DNA from: Eledone cirrhosa
Lineage: Eukaryota
Reading direction: 5' to 3'
NCBI GenBank assembly: GCA_964016885.1
Contig: OZ024746.1
Location: 10,664,001 to 10,728,000 of the forward strand
DNA length: 64,000 bases
Positions 57,589-64,000 of this stretch are shown in pieces. The translations under genes were made by a program, and so were the position numbers. The first letter of the stretch is position 1; every line of letters starts with the position of its first letter. The notes under the pieces were generated by a model that was given only the letters and a program-made list of their open reading frames with translations, did no database searches and was not told the origin of the DNA.

Positions 57589-58463
57589 CGAGGTGTGTCA
57601 AAAAAGAAACAGGACTGGTCTCGCAAAAATAAAAAAAACAATTATATTTCGAATCCAAACTACAAATTACAAGTTTTCTCCTTCGAAATAATCCCCCTCG
57701 AGTCTAACGCACTTGTACCTCCCTTTCCGTTATGCCACCAAGTACTCATGGAAGGATTCTCCCGGGATTCTCCGCACCTCCATCCTCATGGCCCTCTTGA
57801 TGGCTTCTACGTCCGAAAAACGTTCCCCCATGACTCATCAGCAGTGGTGACCCTCCACAGCACGTCTGGTTCGGTGTCAGGACGTTGGAGGATGTTATAA
57901 CACACCTGCACGCACCGCTTCTTCTGGCAATCGTTCAATATTTTCGACATCCTCTTCGCACAGATCTTTCGCATGCCCAAATCTTCGGTGATAATCTTCC
58001 AAACGCTGTCGAGGTTCATACTCAGTTCACTTGCAATCAGTCAGCCGACGACGATCACCACGCACCACATGCCTCATGCGTTCAACCTTGACCTCAGTCC
58101 TGCTCGTTGAAGGCCTTCCACTCCTGTGATCGCCCTCTACACCCCGTGTCTCTCTTTGAATCTTTTGGCCAGTCGAAAATCCGTGAGCGCGACATCGTCT
58201 CATCTTCGTAAACTGACGGAGTTTTCCCCAGTCGGACAAGAAACTTCAGCCTGATCTGTTGCTCTGTGTCCATCGGTCGCCGGCCTACATTGAGGAGCTC
58301 TTAACAAAAGTACATGAAAAAATATACAACGACTGCAGGAAGCTGAAATCGCAGTTATATACTTCACGAATATTTCATCAGACGGTGACGCCATTCGCTA
58401 ATACTTACACCTTTCATAGCTCACACAGCACACTAAGTCCTGTTACTTTTCTGACACACCTCG
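57589..58463 (-). mobile_element. Mariner DNA transposon, internally deleted (875 bp)
   Basis: TA on both sides; 28-bp TIRs (26/28 match) CGAGGTGTGTCA.AAAAG.AACAGGACT. Transposase remnants run from the ATG at 58273: [68 protein letters not shown]. Confidence 0.93.
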
Positions 58464-58679
58464 TATTGATACTAGAAAATTTAAAACTTGCTTTGTTTTC
58501 TCTCAGAACTTCTTGCTTGTAGTCCCAATATAATATTTTGAAGAGCTTTAATAAATAATGAGGCAGATTGTATATTTCTCTTCATTCTTCTAAATATATT
58601 GCTTTCTTATACGTTTTATGAATTTTTTTCATCCACACCGATTACAGACACATACAGTCTTGTAACTCGGCAATTACTG

Positions 58680-58849
<170 letters not shown>

Positions 58850-58947
58850 TTAAAGGACGTACTGTTGAAGATAGCTCAGTACCTCTGAAATATGTATAAC
58901 AAAATATACTTGATCACACGAATGTCTACTTTTGTTAATATTTTGAA

Positions 58948-58983
<36 letters not shown>

Positions 58984-58987
<4 letters not shown>

Positions 58988-59142
58988 TTGGGGGGGGAGG
59001 GGTTCATTATATGAAGAAATAAAACTGGCTTCGAAAGTACATTGCCCACGGTGTGGGTGAAGAGAAAGAGGGATGATTCATTTCGTTCGTACAACGTATT
59101 TCATTTTTTTTTTGTCATGTGCAACCCTTATATATATATATA

Positions 59143-59225
<83 letters not shown>

Positions 59226-59366
59226 GTTGCACATGACAAAAAAAAAATGAAATACGTTGTACGAACGAAATGAATCATCCCTCTTTCTCTTCACCCACAC
59301 CGTGGGCAATGTACTTTCGTAGCCAGTTTTATTTCTTCATATAATGAACCCCCCCCCCCCAAAAAA
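58984..59366. repeat. ~380-bp near-perfect palindrome centred on (TA)n
   Basis: 58984-59130 is the reverse complement of 59221-59366, with about one substitution outside the G/C run. Confidence 0.95.
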
Positions 59367-59854
59367 AAACACAAAAAAACAACAAAAAAAACAACAACAA
59401 CAACAACAAAACAACTCTTCAATCTGCAATTTCACGTATTTAAAGGAGGCAAAAATGGAACTGAGCACATTCCCTATTACCGGGTCTGCAATAAAACAAT
59501 CATAAAAATTAAAATATAACAAAACAATGATGAGTCAAATTCAATAATAATTCAAGCGAACTTTCGCAGCGGCAAAGGACATAGCTTTAAAGCCGGAAGC
59601 AAGAATCATAATAACAATGGCTCCTAAAATGCCGTTAGCTTCTTTCAGAAATAAATATAGATTATTATAAATTTTTCATGCGGCATAGAAATGACAGGGC
59701 ACGCAGAGTTGAATATTGATAGAGTTTCACATCTTGAAGAACCTATCAAGAAATTCTAACAGTAAAATAGTAAAACTCTAAAAATGGGCAAGGAAGAACA
59801 TGTCACGAGAGCTTTATATACAGTTCAATTACTTCTGGAACTAAAAGCTTTTAT

Positions 59855-59886
<32 letters not shown>

Positions 59887-60674
59887 AAACACAATTACAC
59901 ACACACATACGTATATATATATACATATATATATATACGTATGTGTGTGTGTAATTGTGTTTGTGTGTAACTGTGTGTGTGCGTGTATAAAATCTATACA
60001 GTATGGAAAATAAAATAAAACAAATGGAAATGTCGATGGATGTTATATTTGATATAAGCATATAAACAGACATGGCGTTAAACAAGCTCTTCTCGGAAGA
60101 GGAGCTATTATTTCCTTAGCAAAAAATTTAGAACACTGTAAATATGGACCCACAAAACATAATAAATAATTATATACAGTGATCCCAATAAATTGAAGGT
60201 ATTTTATTGACATATTAACATCCCTGTTCATGCAAAACAACAACTTACACACGAAAACTAACGTTCAAGGAATTGCGAGTGTAATATAGAATGATAATCC
60301 AATGAAGAGAGATAACTGTTGGAATCTAATACAAAATATAGAAACCCGAAGAAGTAAAATAAGAAACGAATAGAGATATCTATAACACAAAGTTAAAATA
60401 TGAAATGTCAATTATTCAATAAAACAAGCATTCCCTATACTATTATTGATATCAATGATAGATCAAGACATCAAGGCATTACCAATTGGGAAGGAATTAT
60501 GGAAAACCTAAGGGATCGGCAAGATCCAAAACTTTGCGGTAAGAAAATAGTTGCAAGTTCTAATTGACATCTTAGGAAATATATAAATTATAAAAGCTAA
60601 CACTTCCCCAAATCCCTAACTAGTTAACTCGGGAACATACGCACTTGTTAGGGGGAAAAAGAAATAAATAAAAT

Positions 60675-60800
60675 AATTGTTTCTACTTTTGGCACAAGGC
60701 CAGCAATTACCCCAGCGTATTACTGGTACTTTATTTTATCGACCCCGTAAGAATGTCGATAAAATAAAGTACCAGTAATACACTGGGATAATTGCTGGCC
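60675..60800. mobile_element. Fold-back (hairpin) fragment of a family A SINE
   Basis: Arms 60698-60743 and 60755-60800; loop CCCGTAAGAAT. Confidence 0.85.
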
Positions 60801-61384
60801 GAACAAAAGGTCCATTACATACTTGATATCAAAATAATAGGAGTAAAAAGTTTACACATTCACAGGAAAACGTGTTATTACCATTGGAAAAGAAAGGATG
60901 CATGGAGAAAATTAGATTATGTTTTAAGGACCAATTTCCTAATCCGGCCTCGTCTGTTCTTAGGTTGAAATCTGCCTAATCTTTGACATTACTCATCCAC
61001 GTAACCTAGAGGGTTTTGCTTTCTATAAATAATGTCTGAAAATTATTTTTTCTAAGTAAAATATCTCAAATATTTTAATGTTCTTTCCATGGTGGTATTT
61101 GGCAGAGATGGAGTTAGTAACAAGAGAAAATAAAATTAGTTGGATTGCTTATAAAATCTATTGATTATAGAAGCCTACGAAAGTGCACCGTATGGTTGCT
61201 TCAAATAAGGTGTTAAGCATCTTCAATATCATCCCAAAGATACAACGAAGGCAAATGAAAGGTAAGTATGATCATTGTTAACATAAGTTGGGGGAAGCAA
61301 TACACATAGGAAATATCAAGTGGAATTTCTAAGTGATAACAGTGTCCCTCAGTACTCTTTAAATCACGTGGGTCGTACCTCCGT

Positions 61385-61700
61385 CTATTCTGATGATGAG
61401 AATTCTAGTTGTTCGAACAATGGAACAGCCTGCTTGTGAAATTAACGTGCAAGTAGCTGAGCTTTCCACTGACATATGCACCTTTATCATGGTTCCCAGG
61501 GAGATTTAGCGTGACACAATATGTAACAAGGCTGGCTCATTGAATTACAGGTAGAACTCATTTTTGCCAGCTGAATGGACTGAAGCAACGTAAAAGGAAG
61601 TGTCTTACCCAATGGCACGAGACTCCGAAAAACGAGCTCCCGTCTGTAAGTTCATGATTCATGAGCCGAACACACTAGCCACTAAGCCACGAGCTTTCAC
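61385..61700 (-). mobile_element. Family B (CORE-like) SINE, near full length, diverged
   Basis: Minus strand GTGGCTTAGTGG...GGGTAAGACACTTCCTTTTACGTTGCTTCAGTCCATTCAGCTGGCAAAAATGAG...GCACGTTAATTTCACAAGCAGGCTGTTCC. Confidence 0.75.
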
Positions 61701-61939
61701 AACGAACTACACAGACTTGAAAATATATTATTTGATCACAAAATAAAATTGTTCTCTTTAAGCCATATATGGATGGCTGAGAGATATTTCCCCAATTCCT
61801 ACATTGAGAGTGGCTATTCTGATTCATTCAAATGGTTAGCAAAACAATATTGGAATTTAAGATAGAAAACTGTACCAGAGTTACACGCAAGAAACAGTTG
61901 ATACAAAAATAAAGGATAACATTTGGATTATAATAGAAT

Positions 61940-62140
61940 AGACCGCTCTCTGATAGGTTTGTGGTCAAGTATGTGGCAGTGGAGACTTCTGGAGTTCTTC
62001 GTCCCCGGACCATATCGCTTTTCACTTCTATCGGGGCCGAATTGGCCCCCTGCAAGTGCGAACCTCACGAGGTAGAGTGGCCATTCCAGCGCTTCTCCCT
62101 GGCCATCCTGTCGACTGGGACGACGATGCGGACTGACTCT
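61940..62140 (+). mobile_element. 3' fragment of CRE-like non-LTR element
   Basis: LSDRFVVKYVAVETSGVLRPRTISLFTSIGAELAPCKCEPHEVEWPFQRFSLAILS. Confidence 0.7.
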
Positions 62141-62166
62141 TGAACAGTGAGTGGTATATAGAGACC

Positions 62167-62203
<37 letters not shown>

Positions 62204-62997
62204 AACACAAGCACACACGCACACACACATATACACACCCACTATATATATATATATAAAATAAACAAGAATATCCCCACTTAGAAAGAGCATAACCAAC
62301 ATTGAATTAAGAGTTAAAGACAAGTCTGCTGAAGCAGAGCTGACTGGGTCTAATCAGTAACACAACTTTTGGCAGCCATATTTTATGTCAGATTGAACAC
62401 ACATGCACACACAAAGTATGCAGCGTTAGTAAAGCTAGATTACTTCAGTGAAATTATCAGATACGAGAAACTACGCCATAAAAGAGTGGTATGAAAATAA
62501 TCATGCAGAGGACATTAAAATGTGCATTGACAGAGAGATTTTAGCCAAGCTATCTAACATAGTCATAAAATACTATATATGAAGATATGCTGCATGATTG
62601 ATATGTCAGTATTCTGCGGATAAGAATATATGAACAAAATATCACTGAAAGTACAAATATTCCCAGGTAGATGTTGCAAGAGACTGTAGAATTGATACAC
62701 TATGTTAATCACTGTTATAATAATATTCAAGTAATACAACCAAATATAGAGACTAAAAATAGTGAAGTCTAATGACATACACTTCAACGTAAAGGTTATA
62801 AGAAATATGTCTCCTGGAATGTATTCACATCTTTAGAAGTATTACCGTCTTTAGGAGAAAAATAGGCAGACTGAAATAGATGTAAGTAACACTCCCTTAT
62901 AAACCATTCACTCCATTTATTGTTCAACATATAGGCACACTCATATTCACACACTCACACACATACTCGCTCTCACACAGATATATATATGTTTGCG

Positions 62998-63073
<76 letters not shown>

Positions 63074-63176
63074 GTAATAATAATAAATTTGAAGACTAAA
63101 ATCCAAAGAGGGCTCGATAAGGATAAATATATATCAAATATATAAGAACCGTAGAGCAAATATTTATTAAAATAAC

Positions 63177-63217
<41 letters not shown>

Positions 63218-63219
<2 letters not shown>

Positions 63220-63303
63220 AAAAGTAAACAGAAATAACAACACAATCGCTACAGTATATGGAAAAGGTATATTAGGTTAACGCTTGATATAGCAGGAAGA
63301 GGA
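63218..63303 (-). mobile_element. 3' fragment of the 46465 hammerhead-element family
   Basis: Near-identical to 46461-46545; truncated just before the ribozyme core. Confidence 0.75.
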
Positions 63304-63355
63304 TATATATATACATATATATATATACACGCACACACAGATACCCCCCCCATAT

Positions 63356-63388
<33 letters not shown>

Positions 63389-63484
63389 AATACACACCCC
63401 CTCCCATATATATATATACTGTATATACATAATATATATATATCTTTTTCTATTCCTGCCTTGCCTGTTATTCTTACCACATTC

Positions 63485-63572
<88 letters not shown>

Positions 63573-64000
63573 GTATGGAAGCACATACAGAGAAACACAC
63601 ATCGACAAAAAGGGCAAATTTAATGGCATATGTATATATGCTGTGGGAATATCGCCAATACCAAAGATTAAATATAACACCAAAACAACAACAACAACAA
63701 GACATTAATTGAAATGGCTAGCCAACGACAGTAACAACAACAACAAGAATAACACCAAGAACAACAACAATAGGAATGATGATGATGATGATGATGATGA
63801 GATGACGACGACGATGATGATGATGATATTCATGATGATGTTGATGATAATAATAGTAATAATAATAATAAGAAGAATGTGGATTAAAAGGTTTCAGCTT
63901 CAACTGAATAAGCAAGGGAATGATAAACTAAACAAAGAACTACGTCCCAAAAGACAGCAACACATGGAATATAACTACCATGGTCGAACATGAATCTTGC

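Overview
Eukaryotic, AT-rich, microsatellite-saturated genomic DNA. The SINE families and the (TA)n/(CATA)n density suggest a cephalopod, most likely Octopus (inference from recalled repeat families, no search run). Almost every ORF in the supplied track is a repeat artefact. The window holds two large tandem arrays: a 46-bp minisatellite (736-4055) grown inside a dead RTE LINE, and a ~9.7-kb 22-bp satellite (7309-17016) ending in a 200-N gap. It also holds many tRNA-derived SINEs, fossils of several non-LTR clades (RTE, R4/Dong-like, CRE-like, HERO-like, CR1/L2-group), an internally deleted mariner and a mariner MITE, and a few candidate minus-strand exons, two of them signal-peptide-like. 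The most notable signal is about a dozen type I hammerhead-ribozyme motifs, some intact and some degenerate, in several sequence-distinct short elements. These elements end against (TA)n tracts and are often arranged as long inverted (palindromic) pairs, consistent with Penelope-like-element pLTR or retrozyme-type non-autonomous retroelements.
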